Positions 38,960 through 52,342 of a stretch of DNA of 56,455 nt are shown piece by piece. Position numbers and translations under genes: made by a program. Within the stretch, counting starts at the first letter, position 1. Each line of letters begins with the position of its first letter. The notes beneath the pieces were generated by a model. It searched no databases. It worked only from the letters and a program-made list of their open reading frames with translations, and was not told the origin of the DNA. This DNA is from Octopus bimaculoides (Eukaryota), in contig NC_068992.1 of NCBI RefSeq assembly GCF_001194135.2, positions 12,540,676-12,597,130 of the forward strand, written 5' to 3'.

Positions 38960-39650
38960 GATTACCTATCCTAGGTTATCTGGGAATAGTGAGATGAGAG
39001 AAGATATCCCACGTTATCTTGGGGTATCGTTTACAAATTTGATTGAATACGTTTTCATTACGCCCAGAACACCTATTTTATAAAATGCATTCTTTTCTTC
39101 TGGTCACACATTCGGATCATCCCTAGTTCCCGAGATTTATATTTGCATAACTTCTTCATGTCTTTTCGAGACACCTTATCATCTGTCCGGGAAAATATAT
39201 CGATTAGAAGCTACTTCTATTTTCGTTGATCCTTCACAACAATTTCCGGTCAAATAACCTTGATCTTCCTGTCTGTGTGTAATATCATATTCTCCAGAGA
39301 ATATTTTATTTGACATTCCAGGATATCTTTTTAGTGCATGACTATAAATTCTCTTTGCTGTCGATATTTCTTCGAGTTGGCATATGTTCCAGTCTATTTT
39401 AGTCCAAACAATCTGAAGGTATTCTGCCTTTGCTCAGACTTTGCTACCAAAGACAAGGTGAATGGTTCTTCCCCATATGCAAGTATTCTACTGATATTGA
39501 ATGTGTGTCCTGATAGCTTTTGGTGAGGAGTATTTGTTCTTCCTGTGCTGCAGTAAAAAGCCTCCTGGCTTTACTTTCAAATCTGTGCTCCGTCACTCAA
39601 CAGTTAAATGATTTTATAGCATGCACCCTACCAGTTGTTAAAATTAGCAA
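38960..39650 (-). mobile_element. Decayed R4/Dong-type LINE (post-RT region and RLE endonuclease)
   Basis: FTAAQEEQILLTKSYQ ... ILHTDRKIKVI*PEIVVKDQ...LLIDI...TDDKVSRKDMKKLCKYK...MIRM...IGVLG matches R4-clade AAQDQAL.T..YQ, TDRxIxANRPDIV, LIDVSIP, EKLSKYKDL, IIVGALG. Confidence 0.8.
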
Positions 39651-40511
39651 TGTAATTACGAGCAGGCACAGACTGACTTTCGATCCTTTCACATTTAATC
39701 CAATAAAAAATTTATTATGTTAGAGTTTTAAGAATAGAGAACAGCGCCAGATCTCGGTCAGGTATTTAACATAAACCACGTAGTCTCTGTAAAACACTCT
39801 GACTGAGGAGCAAAATGGAACGCCAGTAAAAAGCATAAATCCGAACGAAGAAGCACACTCTAAGATATAGAGCAGTATATATTTTTAAAAAGCAAGAAGT
39901 TGATAGCCGATAGTCACGGGAGATAATCCCCGTCGTTACCTTTGAGAAATGAAACATTTCTTTCTCCATACTCTTAAGAGGCCTTGGGCCAACAGGTTTT
40001 GGGATCTGACGATACACCATAAAACTAAACCCTTTATGGACGAGAAACCTAAAACCTAATATAATCCCATAAACCGGCTTCTCCTATTTTTAATATATAC
40101 TTCTCTATATTTTAGTGTGCTTATTCTTTCGGAGCTATGGTTTTTTTACTGACGATATGTATATATATATATATATATATGATATATATATATATATANN
40201 NNNNNNNNNNNNNNNNNNNNNNNNNNNNNNNNNNNNNNNNNNNNNNNNNNNNNNNNNNNNNNNNNNNNNNNNNNNNNNNNNNNNNNNNNNNNNNNNNNNN
40301 NNNNNNNNNNNNNNNNNNNNNNNNNNNNNNNNNNNNNNNNNNNNNNNNNNNNNNNNNNNNNNNNNNNNNNNNNNNNNNNNNNNNNNNNNNNNNNNNNNNN
40401 NNNNNNNNNNNATATATATATATATATATATACATATTTATCTCACTCTCTCTCTCTCTTTCTGTTTCAAACTCTCTCTGTATCGACCTGTGTGTGTGTG
40501 TGTGTATAGAT

Positions 40512-40542
<31 letters not shown>

Positions 40543-42061
40543 TAGATAGACAAGCGGACGTACGTACACACAAGACACAAATATGTTCATAGGTGTATTT
40601 ATCCATATATACAATCAAATAATCGTATACATAGCTATATATATATAATGTGTTCAGTCGAGGAGCGAAAATACATTGTTACCGCAATCAGCTGTTGCCT
40701 TCTTTATAAATATGTATACAATCCCGTTCTGGTGTAAATGAGCAATTACGCCAACCACGTCTGATTTATTAACAACAATATGGCTATAGTTATTATGGTC
40801 GTCCGGAATAATTCGATCGCTAATGACTTGCTAATGTCAGCTAAATAACCATTAGCGCACCAGATTTCTTATAACAGAGTGTAAGAGCGAAGTAGACGTA
40901 GATTAGACTCTGTTGCTGTCTGTTTACATTGAAATATCACCTGTTGACGCGGATATTTGGATTTCGTCACGCTACTCTTGCTGTTCTTGATGTTGTTTTC
41001 TCCCCCAGTATATTTCTGGCGCAGCTGATCCAATCGCTGCAAATTCAATTCATGTTTAAGCGATGTAAGTGCTTATGTGGTGTTTAATAGATTGGTCGCG
41101 AACAACATCATCCACCGCTTTGAGGAAAGTCTTGTCATCGAGAAAAGTGAACTAGCCTGGTATTTTCCGGAGAGTTATCGGTCCTGGGGCCATGATGAAT
41201 AAACTCCAGTAATCCCTGGTCTGTCATTGTTATAGTTGACGTTGACAGTTAGGAATACACCCGACAAGCATGGTAATGTCTTCAGCCGGGCCTGCGCGAG
41301 TTGCGCGTCCTGCATACACTCGTACAGTACTATAGCATTGCTGAATTGTGGAATTATGTCGAGTAATTTTCGATATCAGATAATTGTTTAATTAGTTACC
41401 AAGCATTCTCAGAACTTGTGACCATCACCGCAAAATATTCAAGGATGTTCTCACCACCATTGATCTACAAACTTGCATTAAATATATTCGAATTCTTATC
41501 CCTGTTTACCAATCCCAGTGTTAGTATAAATGCAAATATACGTACATGACAACGTCGGTTATCATCTAGACATTGGGATCTGTGCAAATACCTTTCTATG
41601 ACCTCAAGGAATTGAATGCAGTTGAATTCATAAACGAATATTTTCAAATGTATTTAAATTTTATATATTATCTATTATGCGTACATGCTGAAATAAGCTA
41701 CACAATATCTCATGTGCTGCAGATAATCTATGTATGTACACTGGGATAGGATCACAGAATTAAAATAATCTTAATGGAAGGATATCTCAAGCTGTGTATA
41801 ACTGTGAATTTAATCATTACGAAAATGGTTTGAAGCTTTTAAAGAGATCGTTTATTTAAATTAAATATAAATTAACAGTAAATCTACGAAATCATCAAAG
41901 CTAAAGCTATAATTCTTCGCCGCCCCCATTCTACGTACAATCCCATCATAAAGTGGAGCTACAATCTTGATAGGGAATTATATGCGATATAAATACAGTC
42001 TCAGGATAAAGGATATAATGTGTGATACAACATTTATGTATGTGTGTGTGTGTGCGCTCGC

Positions 42062-42092
<31 letters not shown>

Positions 42093-42908
42093 ATACCAAG
42101 CATCGTGAGCTACGCATAACCCAAAAGACATTAAAAAGATGTCAAAAGAGATTATCCATGGTAAACCCACTCATGAAGTTAAATCGATCAAATAAAACGA
42201 GACGGAAAATATTGCCCTAAGCAAAGTACCGCCTAGTCGCACATGATATAATGAAAACCTAAATATGTCAACATTGCGCTAGAGCCAGACATTGCTATCA
42301 CTAAATCTATCAACAGGCTACTACAAAAACTCTTCCATGGTTAAAGTCAGTTTATGTATAGTTCAAAATTCAAAGCAGAGGAATACCAAAATGTTTTTAA
42401 CAACTTATTAGTGATTTCTGACGATATGCTGTAAAAATACTGGATTTAATGTAATCATACGAAAAATATCATTGGTAACTACATGCGATGCAGGAAATTA
42501 TAGAAAATGAGCCTCTACGTGGTATTAGGATCTGCTGAAACTCGTAACTAATTCTCTCTCAAATTACATGCAACCGTCTTTCCATACTGGCTTCGCTTCA
42601 AATAGGGAAGAGGCGCTCACGACTGCAATGCTTTTGAGCATCGGCATATTCTGACAGGGCTGCTCCATGCTATTGCAGCACCATCAACGTCGTCGTCGTC
42701 ATCATCATCATCATCGTCATCGACGTCATTGACGTTGTCATCTTCGTCGTCGTCATCGTCGTAGGCGAAGACGACAACTACAATAATATTAACAAACGCA
42801 GTCTGTTCTCAGGTGTATTTGTTTTATTTTTTATTGGGTCATGGGAACCTTGTAAAACATTAGTGTGATCATCTGTAGTTATTGCTCAATATACTTCTTT
42901 CTCCCCAA

Positions 42909-43112
42909 GGCGGCAGGCTGGCAGAAACGTTAGCACACCGGGCGAAATGCTTTGCGTTATTTCGTGTCTTTACATTCTGTGTTCAAATTCCGTCGAAGTC
43001 AACTTTGCCTTTCATCCTTTCGGGGGCGATAAATTAAGTACCAGCTACGTATATGGTCGATCTAATCGACTGGCTCCTCTCCCCATCAAATTTCGGGCCT
43101 TGTGCCTGGAGT
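42909..43112 (+). mobile_element. tRNA-derived SINE family A, full length
   Basis: ggcggcaggctggcagaaacgttagc ... gtgttcaaattcc ... gataaattaagtaccag ... ggccttgtgcctggagtagaaa. Confidence 0.9.
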
Positions 43113-43201
43113 AGAAAAGAACACTTCTCTTTCTACCCAGTAATGTCCCTTATATTTCATGTATCACACAATTTATCTATGTCCCTCTTCCTTTTTCTAT
43201 C

Positions 43202-43552
43202 TCACCCAGCCTTCTCGAGGACTGCCGCCAAGTACCGATGGTCGACCCTATCAAACGCCTTAGACTGGTCTAAATGCACCAGTGCCCCTCCTGCTAAGCC
43301 AGAAAGTTTCCTTACCCTCTCTAAGGAGTAGCGTATAAGGTGGAGATTGTCGTGGATCGACCTGCCCGGGATAGCACAAGTTTGTGCTTCCCCAACAAGT
43401 TCTCCCACGACCCGCGCCAACCTTTTCGCTAGCACGTTGGCCAAAATCTTTCACTCTGTGTTTAACAGAGTTATGGGTCTAAAGTTCCCTATCTCGTTCC
43501 CCTTGCTTGGGTCCTTTCTCATCAACGTCACTGCCCACCGGCTCGCAGACTT
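43202..43552 (-). mobile_element. Tx1/L1-type LINE ORF2 reverse transcriptase fragment (N-terminal RT motifs), one in-frame stop
   Basis: VTLMRKDPSKGNEIGNFRPITLLNTE*KILANVLAKRLARVVGELVGEAQTCAIPGRSIHDNLHLIR...LVHLDQSKAFDRVDHRYL has the RPIxLLN.D.KI, Q..F.PGR.I.DN and LD..KAFDRV motifs. Runs into a gap at 43553. Confidence 0.92.
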
Positions 43553-44119
43553 NNNNNNNNNNNNNNNNNNNNNNNNNNNNNNNNNNNNNNNNNNNNNNNN
43601 NNNNNNNNNNNNNNNNNNNNNNNNNNNNNNNNNNNNNNNNNNNNNNNNNNNNNNNNNNNNNNNNNNNNNNNNNNNNNNNNNNNNNNNNNNNNNNNNNNNN
43701 NNNNNNNNNNNNNNNNNNNNNNNNNNNNNNNNNNNNNNNNNNNNNNNNNNNNNNNNNNNNNNNNNNNNNNNNNNNNNNNNNNNNNNNNNNNNNNNNNNNN
43801 NNNNNNNNNNNNNNNNNNNNNNNNNNNNNNNNNNNNNNNNNNNNNNNNNNNNNNNNNNNNNNNNNNNNNNNNNNNNNNNNNNNNNNNNNNNNNNNNNNNN
43901 NNNNNNNNNNNNNNNNNNNNNNNNNNNNNNNNNNNNNNNNNNNNNNNNNNNNNNNNNNNNNNNNNNNNNNNNNNNNNNNNNNNNNNNNNNNNNNNNNNNN
44001 NNNNNNNNNNNNNNNNNNNNNNNNNNNNNNNNNNNNNNNNNNNNNNNNNNNNNNNNNNNNNNNNNNNNNNNNNNNNNNNNNNNAGAAGTGATAATTAACA
44101 TTAAAGTAATATATTGATA

Positions 44120-44430
44120 CGAAGAAGAAGAAGAAGAAGAAGAAGAAGAAGAAGAAGAAGAAGAAGAAGAAGAAGAAGAAGAAGAAGAAGAAAAAGAAGA
44201 AGAAGAAGATGAAGAAGAAGAAGAAGAAGATGAAGAAGAAGAAGAAGAAGAAGAAGAAGAAGAAGGAGGAGGATGAGAAGGCGAAGGAGAAGGAGAAGAA
44301 GAAGGAGAAGGAGGAGGAGAAGAAGAAGGAGAAGGAGGAGGAGATGGGGAGGAAGGGAAGAGGAGGAAAGGAGGCGCAGCAGGAGAAAGTGGAGGAGTAG
44401 GAGCACAAGGATAGGAAGGAGGAGAAGGAT
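44120..44430. repeat. (GAA)n grading into (GGA/GAA) purine-rich tract
   Basis: Read directly. Confidence 0.97.
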
Positions 44431-45200
44431 GAAAACAGAACATATGAACAGAACATAAGCAGAGGCGAACGTGTTGAACACCGAGAGCTAGAAAGGAAAA
44501 AGGAAGCAAATAAATGAATTGGAATAACATTAAATGAAATAGCACAAAAGGGAAAAGAAAAACAAAAAACAATCACACAAACAGATAACAAATACTTGAA
44601 AACCGCCTACCCGGCAAAATACCATATACCACCGGTCCTGCACCATTCCAAAAAGTCATTTCGTTGAAAGGAAGAAATATGATGACAATTTAGTAAAGAG
44701 AAATGAATGTTTCACGTCTGTCAGATTTAATTACACCTCTTTTTGTAAAACATAAACTACTTAGGATGACTGTTGATGGTGGCAACAAGGGGATAAGTCT
44801 TCCGTTCCGTGATTTCCATTATTGTTTACTTCTTTCCATTTATTCATTATTTTCTTTCCTTCTTTCTGTCCTTCTATCCAACAGTCTTTTTTTCGTTTTA
44901 TTCGTTTTTAGGTTTTGTGTCTCTCATTTGTAGATTTTGGTTTTTCTATTTATTTATTATTATTTTTTTCTTCATTTCATACGTTTCATTTTGGTCTAGT
45001 AAACCGAGACATCGAAAACTTTGGTTGTTTTGGTATCATTTGATGGCTTTAACACTTTCGTCAATGTTTCTTGGAAAGTTTATACGATTCAATGCGTCAC
45101 ATATGCGCAGAAACACGGTTACAATGACATGCAAAGACACAAACAACACACACCACGCGCGATAAGAATATTAGAAACACACCGGCGTACACATACATAC

Positions 45201-45270
45201 TCTCACAGACAATTCCTCTCACAGACAATTCCTCTCACAGACAATTCCTCTCACAGACAATTCCTCTCAC
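45201..45270. repeat. 16-bp minisatellite tctcacagacaattcc, 4.4 copies
   Basis: Four perfect copies plus a partial copy, read directly. Confidence 0.95.
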
Positions 45271-45656
45271 ATAGAGCACAGACGAGAAAACATCTCAAGA
45301 AATAGTGAGAAAGTATTCGAATTAATATCAATGGAACCGTAAAAAAAGTGACTTCTAAAGAAATATATAATTTTTTTTCCCTTATATAAGTTGCACACAT
45401 ATGCACACATTCAAAGGTGCACCCAAGGACTTCTGCGTGTGTTTGTCTGCATACCTGACTGTTTTTCTGTACATACATACATACTTACATACATACATGC
45501 ATACATAAATACATACAAGTATGTGTGGATTACCCCCACACACACACACATATATATATATATATCTATAAATGTTTGTACATTTATATATCCATATGAA
45601 TTTATATGTATACATATATATATAATAAATGAAATTCAAAGATCTAATCAGGCATT

Positions 45657-45700
<44 letters not shown>

Positions 45701-46532
45701 GTATGAAGTTGTAATTTCTGAAGATACGTGCATGTATGCATGGGCATGGAATAATAGAATATTACACATTTCCGTGAAAGTTTAAACTAAGTGCAGGATG
45801 TCATATATATTCTGCTATGTTAATCTTTGTTAAATTAACGCTATATCACACGATATTCGACACGTGTTTCTCACACATACGTCTTCAATCAATGCTACGA
45901 TAATATTCAACCTATTACACATACAAACCTACATACACACTTTCTGTGATATTTATAACTTGTCCTCAACCAGTAATGAACGGTTAGCCTTAACCATTAA
46001 TTTCAATCCATCTGTATATTTTCTATCAGTTTGTCTTTTTGTCGAATATACTTTTTCTCGACCCTCATAAGTTCATTTTCTGCATCTACATATAATCTAA
46101 ATACCCCTTATCATCCATACATGTACTTTCGATCCTATCACCCTACTTCTAAGAATATTTCAGGAAACGAGAACAGAAATAGAAATAGATATTGCTCACG
46201 GTCCACAGGCTAGAATATATGTTGAACCGACAAAAAAAAAAAAAAAAAAAAAAATGTAGAACAAGCACTAATTTGTCTAAAAAAATTTTGGGATGAAAAT
46301 AACATTTCCCGACAAGGATCAGTACATACATACCTAATTAACATGATTTCATTGTGTTTCATTTTGAAAAGACCGACTCCGTATTTCTTGTTACACAGTA
46401 ACATATGTTGCCATACTGATGTTTTTGTGACCTTGTCAGAGAATGTATGTGTATGTGTATGTGTATGCATGTGTATGCGAATAGATGTTCGTATACATTT
46501 TCATATATGCTAGAACATGTATATATAAATAC

Positions 46533-46597
<65 letters not shown>

Positions 46598-48934
46598 NNN
46601 NNNNNNNNNNNNNNNNNNNNNNNNNNNNNNNNNNNNNNNNNNNNNNNNNNNNNNNNNNNNNNNNNNNNNNNNNNNNNNNNNNNNNNNNNNNNNNNNNNNN
46701 NNNNNNNNNNNNNNNNNNNNNNNNNNNNNNNNNNNNNNNNNNNNNNNNNNNNNNNNNNNNNNNNNNNNNNNNNNNNNNNNNNNNNNNNNNNNNNNNNNNN
46801 NNNNNNNNNNNNNNNNNNNNNNNNNNNNNNNNNNNNNNNNNNNNNNNNNNNNNNNNNNNNNNNNNNNNNNNNNNNNNNNNNNNNNNNNNNNNNNNNNNNN
46901 NNNNNNNNNNNNNNNNNNNNNNNNNNNNNNNNNNNNNNNNNNNNNNNNNNNNNNNNNNNNNNNNNNNNNNNNNNNNNNNNNNNNNNNNNNNNNNNNNNNN
47001 NNNNNNNNNNNNNNNNNNNNNNNNNNNNNNNNNNNNNNNNNNNNNNATATATATATATATATAAATACATATTTATGAATATATTCCTTAAATATAACGA
47101 GAAGGTAGGAGTCCCGCTTGGCAATATATTTTATCAAATAGAAATAGGTGACAAGGATAAAATGAAAAAGGAAATAACTTCATGCCACTAATCGCATATG
47201 AGCATAGGGATATTATAAACAGCACATTATTAGTTTCCCAAAACATATGATTTATCTCACCGGAAGTGACATGCAGGCGAAATAGAATTTAAAAATATAA
47301 AGCTGATTATGTGCATCAGTTGATTCGCTCAGTGAATACATACATACTGTCCATTACTACAACGTACATTGTAATTCGCAGGTGCCAATGCAGAGCATAT
47401 TGATACTGATGTATGACTGTGTGTATATATAAATCACGTACATTCACACACGCACGTACGTGTATATATANNNNNNNNNNNNNNNNNNNNNNNNNNNNNN
47501 NNNNNNNNNNNNNNNNNNNNNNNNNNNNNNNNNNNNNNNNNNNNNNNNNNNNNNNNNNNNNNNNNNNNNNNNNNNNNNNNNNNNNNNNNNNNNNNNNNNN
47601 NNNNNNNNNNNNNNNNNNNNNNNNNNNNNNNNNNNNNNNNNNNNNNNNNNNNNNNNNNNNNNNNNNNNNNNNNNNNNNNNNNNNNNNNNNNNNNNNNNNN
47701 NNNNNNNNNNNNNNNNNNNNNNNNNNNNNNNNNNNNNNNNNNNNNNNNNNNNNNNNNNNNNNNNNNNNNNNNNNNNNNNNNNNNNNNNNNNNNNNNNNNN
47801 NNNNNNNNNNNNNNNNNNNNNNNNNNNNNNNNNNNNNNNNNNNNNNNNNNNNNNNNNNNNNNNNNNNNNNNNNNNNNNNNNNNNNNNNNNNNNNNNNNNN
47901 NNNNNNNNNNNNNNNNNNNNNNNNNNNNNNNNNNNNNNNNNNNNNNNNNNNNNNNNNNNNNNNNNNNNNNNNNNNNNNNNNNNNNNNNNNNNNNNNNNNN
48001 NNNNNNNNNNNNNNNNNNNNNNNNNNNNNNNNNNNNNNNNNNNNNNNNNNNNNNNNNNNNNNNNNNNNNNNNNNNNNNNNNNNATATGTATGTGTGTGTG
48101 TGTGTGTGTGTATGTGTGTGTGTGTGTGTGCTTATATATAAATACACATATACATTATTTCACTCAATCACACACACACATATGAATGCGTGTATTTTGG
48201 GGAAATATTCAATCACAGTTGTATTTTCCTCATTCGTTTATGTGAAGCGTCTGTTGACCATTACAAACACTGCAAGTGATCGACCATTTGCACTACAAAA
48301 AAAAAAGAAAAGAAAAGAGAATAATAATAATAATAAATATAGAAATAGTAACATACAATTCAAGACAATAAAGAAAAGCAGAATGGAACAAACGAAATAT
48401 AAAACATAAACAATATAGAAGAGAAAATTGGCGCCTACCATATTGTTATTGCTGGAAATATTACTGAAACAACATCTAAACACACATATATATGCATGTG
48501 TGTGTATATGACTGTATGAATGTGTGTATGTATGGATATATTGGGTCTGTATGTGTGTGTGAACGTAATGGGGTGTATTCTAGTCTACTCGTGGTTGGTG
48601 TGTTTCTATTTTTCTTGCCTTCTTTCCGGCATATAGGCTTATAAGTGAAATATCATTTCCTATAACTAACATGTAATCAATTGTGAACATGAAGCGTAGA
48701 AACATAGGAAGCCTCGCAGGAGTGGGGAAACCTACTTTGCGTACATAAGTACCTACACACACACGCACTCACACACACGCATACATATATACACATATAT
48801 ATGTGTGTGTGTATATATATATATATATATACATATGTGTGTGCGTGTATATATATATATATATATATACATATGTGTNNNNNNNNNNATATATATATAT
48901 ATACATATGTGTGTGCGTGCATATATATATATAT

Positions 48935-48978
<44 letters not shown>

Positions 48979-49268
48979 TATTATTATATATGCCTATGTG
49001 CTTGTGTAATGATGTAATACATATATGTGTGTGTGTGCTTATACAGGATGTGTGCACAAAACACACGCAAGCACACATACAAGAATATATATAAAAGTGA
49101 GTGAGAGATTGACTATACAACACTACATAAATATACACCCAGATACCTTTATCTGTGAGCATAAATCATAAATATATACACACATAGATGCGTGTATACA
49201 CAAGCATACGCAAGCACAGTTAAGCACACAGACACACACACACACACACACACATGCACACACACACG

Positions 49269-49304
<36 letters not shown>

Positions 49305-51169
49305 TACATATATAATATTGCAGAGAAGGGTTATAGATGAGCGAGGGAAACCGAGAGTGAATATAATATCACGTATGCCATCAAAGCGTATGATATCCGG
49401 ACTGGGATATATTTATGAATATTGCTCTCTTACAGCCTTATTCTATAATGAACTGATCCAATATCAATTGATCACCACGTATGATACACTATAATAAGCT
49501 GCAATCTTTCGTTTCTCCTATGCTATTCACTCTCTCGCTCTCTCTCTCTCCCTTTCTAAATCTCTGTCCGCATCTCTTTCTGCTTTTTCTTTTGGTTTTC
49601 TTCTTTCATATATATATATATATATATGCAAATGCATACACTAATATATATATATATATATGTGTGTGTCTGTGTGTGTGTGCGTGCGTGTGTGTGTGTG
49701 TGTATGTGTGTGTGTGTATCTATATATCTATATGTATATGCTCACATTCATGCTTGAACTCGCATATCTATACACGAACACAAGTGTTCATTTTAAGCGT
49801 TTATGCATGTTAATATATATACGCATATGTATGTATATTTGTATATACATGCATCTTTTCTCTATGCTGCTCCCACTTTCACCGTCCACACGCGCGCGCG
49901 CGCACGTACGCACACAGGCACAAACCAATGCATTCATTATAGATTTATATTGATAAATGCCAGAGGTATGTCGACAGTGATATAGAAAATTGTTACGTAA
50001 AATTACATGTAATGTCGAACGATTAATAGTAATAGGCGACATGTGCCATATCAGATTGACGAGTTTATAGTATTACGGTACATGCATAGCTTCAATGAGT
50101 TCGAATCCCACTGAGTTCTGACTGATGAACGTGACAAATTTATGAAGTAAACAACCCAAATATAATTATCTTATCTGTATTCATTACAAGTGAGACAATT
50201 GGTCGAATGCTTTCTTTTCTTTTCCTCTTTCTTTTCTAATTCAATAAACTAATTCTACGCTTCTTGCATAAATAGAGAACACAAGATTAGAAAGAGTGAG
50301 GCACCTATTATATTTCGATTGCAATATATTACTCTGGTTTACGGCCAGCGTAAAGATTAATGGTAATATTGAAATCGGTGCGATTTGAAAATCCAACACT
50401 TAGTACCATTTTAACTATAGTCGTTTTAATGCTTTAATACTGATCTTTTGAATTTGCACTGCACTTCAAATATGGCGGATGCGAAGTGCTGATAAGCGTT
50501 TCACCAGTAAAAACCGCATAAATGCCACAGACGATGCACGTTTTGCAATTAATACTAAGGATATAGTCCACATCTAAAGTAGACAACCTTATGTCGTTGC
50601 GACTAGAACAATATATAGCAAACTATACAAAAGGATAATGCTAAAGAGCCGAATCTGACAAGCTACCTGAGAGAATATAACGTAAGTACAAAACATCATT
50701 TGAAATTATCCGGGACATATAAAAGTATTTACACAACGTGGGTGAAAGCAATTACACAGCGGATGTGAAAATAATCTATTATTTTATATATTTTAGCTGC
50801 TTCAGATACCTGAGTGTGGCCATGCTGGGACACTGCCTTGAAAAATTTTTAGCCGAATCTCTAATCTACGAGAGGAAACACACCATCACCAGTTGTCAAG
50901 CAGTAGCGGAAACACATACACATACATATATATATATACTTATATAATATTAATCCTTGGAAAGAATCTATAAACACGCGTAGCGTTGCATTAAATGTTT
51001 ATAAATTCCATCTAAGAGTTATTGTTATTATTATATTTATCCAACATTATATCGGTACAGCTCGATGCAAATCCAAATAAGTGGCTCACCAGTCAGCATT
51101 ATTAGACAGTTCCCAGCATAACAGAATGGGAGATTTATTTGCATATTGAAAATGTTTCAGTTTCTGCCC

Positions 51170-51275
51170 ATCAGATCCACTATCAAGACTTAACAGGAGA
51201 TACCTGCCGAAGCTGCTGTGAGACTGAACCTGGAACTATGTGGTTGGGAAGCGTCTTATCACACAACCAGTCCAG
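51170..51275 (-). mobile_element. Decayed SINE fragment (family D)
   Basis: gaacctggaactatgtggttgggaag matches gaaaccggaactatgtggctgggaag at about 9683-9708. Confidence 0.65.
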
Positions 51276-51289
51276 CGCCTATAATATTG

Positions 51290-51425
51290 AAGATTAAGCA
51301 AAAGAGAAAATATTTATCCCGAAATAACAAAAAAAATGGTTAGTTACTCCAAACGGTGTCTGACATTACATTTCTTACAATACATGTCGGTGCCGTTGGC
51401 CTTGTGACTAACAACGTAAATACCA
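51290..51425 (+). mobile_element. Possible R4/Dong-type LINE terminal fragment
   Basis: FLTIHVGAVGLV resembles the IPIIVGALGMI end motif seen at 38960-39100; weak. Confidence 0.25.
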
Positions 51426-51679
51426 ATATTGTGATACCGAGATTCATAAAATCACGAAGAACACGCCAAATCGATTCGAGCTGGAAGCGACCAAAGATGC
51501 TATTACAATCTGTACAATATTCATCCACTTCATATCAGGATGTAAAATGAACCACATGTGCAATAATATGAACACGTGGACCCATGTGTATATGTTACAT
51601 GCGCAAATACAGAGGTTAATATGCACACAGTAGTACACACACACACACATGGACGAGAGTGCGCATGGACATATGTATG

Positions 51680-51739
<60 letters not shown>

Positions 51740-51919
51740 CACATATACGCATTCAGATATACATATTTAAATATGTGTATATACATACAACATTACCCTA
51801 TTTGGTGTTGTATGTATTCCAATGAAATTGTCTAGCGTTGTGCCTAGGCTAAAATTCGGCAATTCCACCATTTGGAAGAATTTCCAAAAATATAATCAAG
51901 GGCAAGCACACTTTTATGC

Positions 51920-52062
51920 AAACATACATACATACTTACATACATACATACATACACACATACATACATGCATACATACATACATGCACACATACATGCA
52001 TACATGCATACGTACATACATACATACATACATACATACATACATACATGCATGCATACATA
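51920..52062. repeat. (CATA)n microsatellite, degenerate
   Basis: Read directly; similar tract at about 17945-18020. Confidence 0.95.
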
Positions 52063-52289
52063 AACATCTACCTACATACGCTTGCTGACCAGAATTACTA
52101 ATGAGGAAAATGATTATAGTCATTGGAAATATAATTTTAATTACTCTCTATTACTGCATCAATTATTATGCCATACGTTTTAATTTCTGATCTTAATCAA
52201 AAATTCGTATTTCACTATGTTCAGAATCATTCTTTCAACCTGTTTCTTGACAGAAAGTGTATCGATATATATTATGTACACACACACAA

Positions 52290-52342
<53 letters not shown>

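Noticed and set aside
45000-45130. VVLVSFDGF, resembling the ENPP/phosphodiesterase signature
   Set aside because: Stops lie immediately upstream, there is no acceptor, and the next residues do not follow ENPP. SFDxxxxFxNV fits a decayed PLE RT motif A equally well.
45201-45270. Regularly spaced repeats checked as a CRISPR-like array (also 12118-12253 and 29071-29334)
   Set aside because: Units are contiguous or irregular with no unique spacers, there are no cas genes, and the context is eukaryotic.
46170-46440. Protein-like frames ETRTEIEIDIAHGPQARIYVEP and EQALICLKKFWDENNISRQGS
   Set aside because: No credible donor, interrupted by a poly-A run; the second frame resembles a decayed PLE RT segment but too weakly to call.
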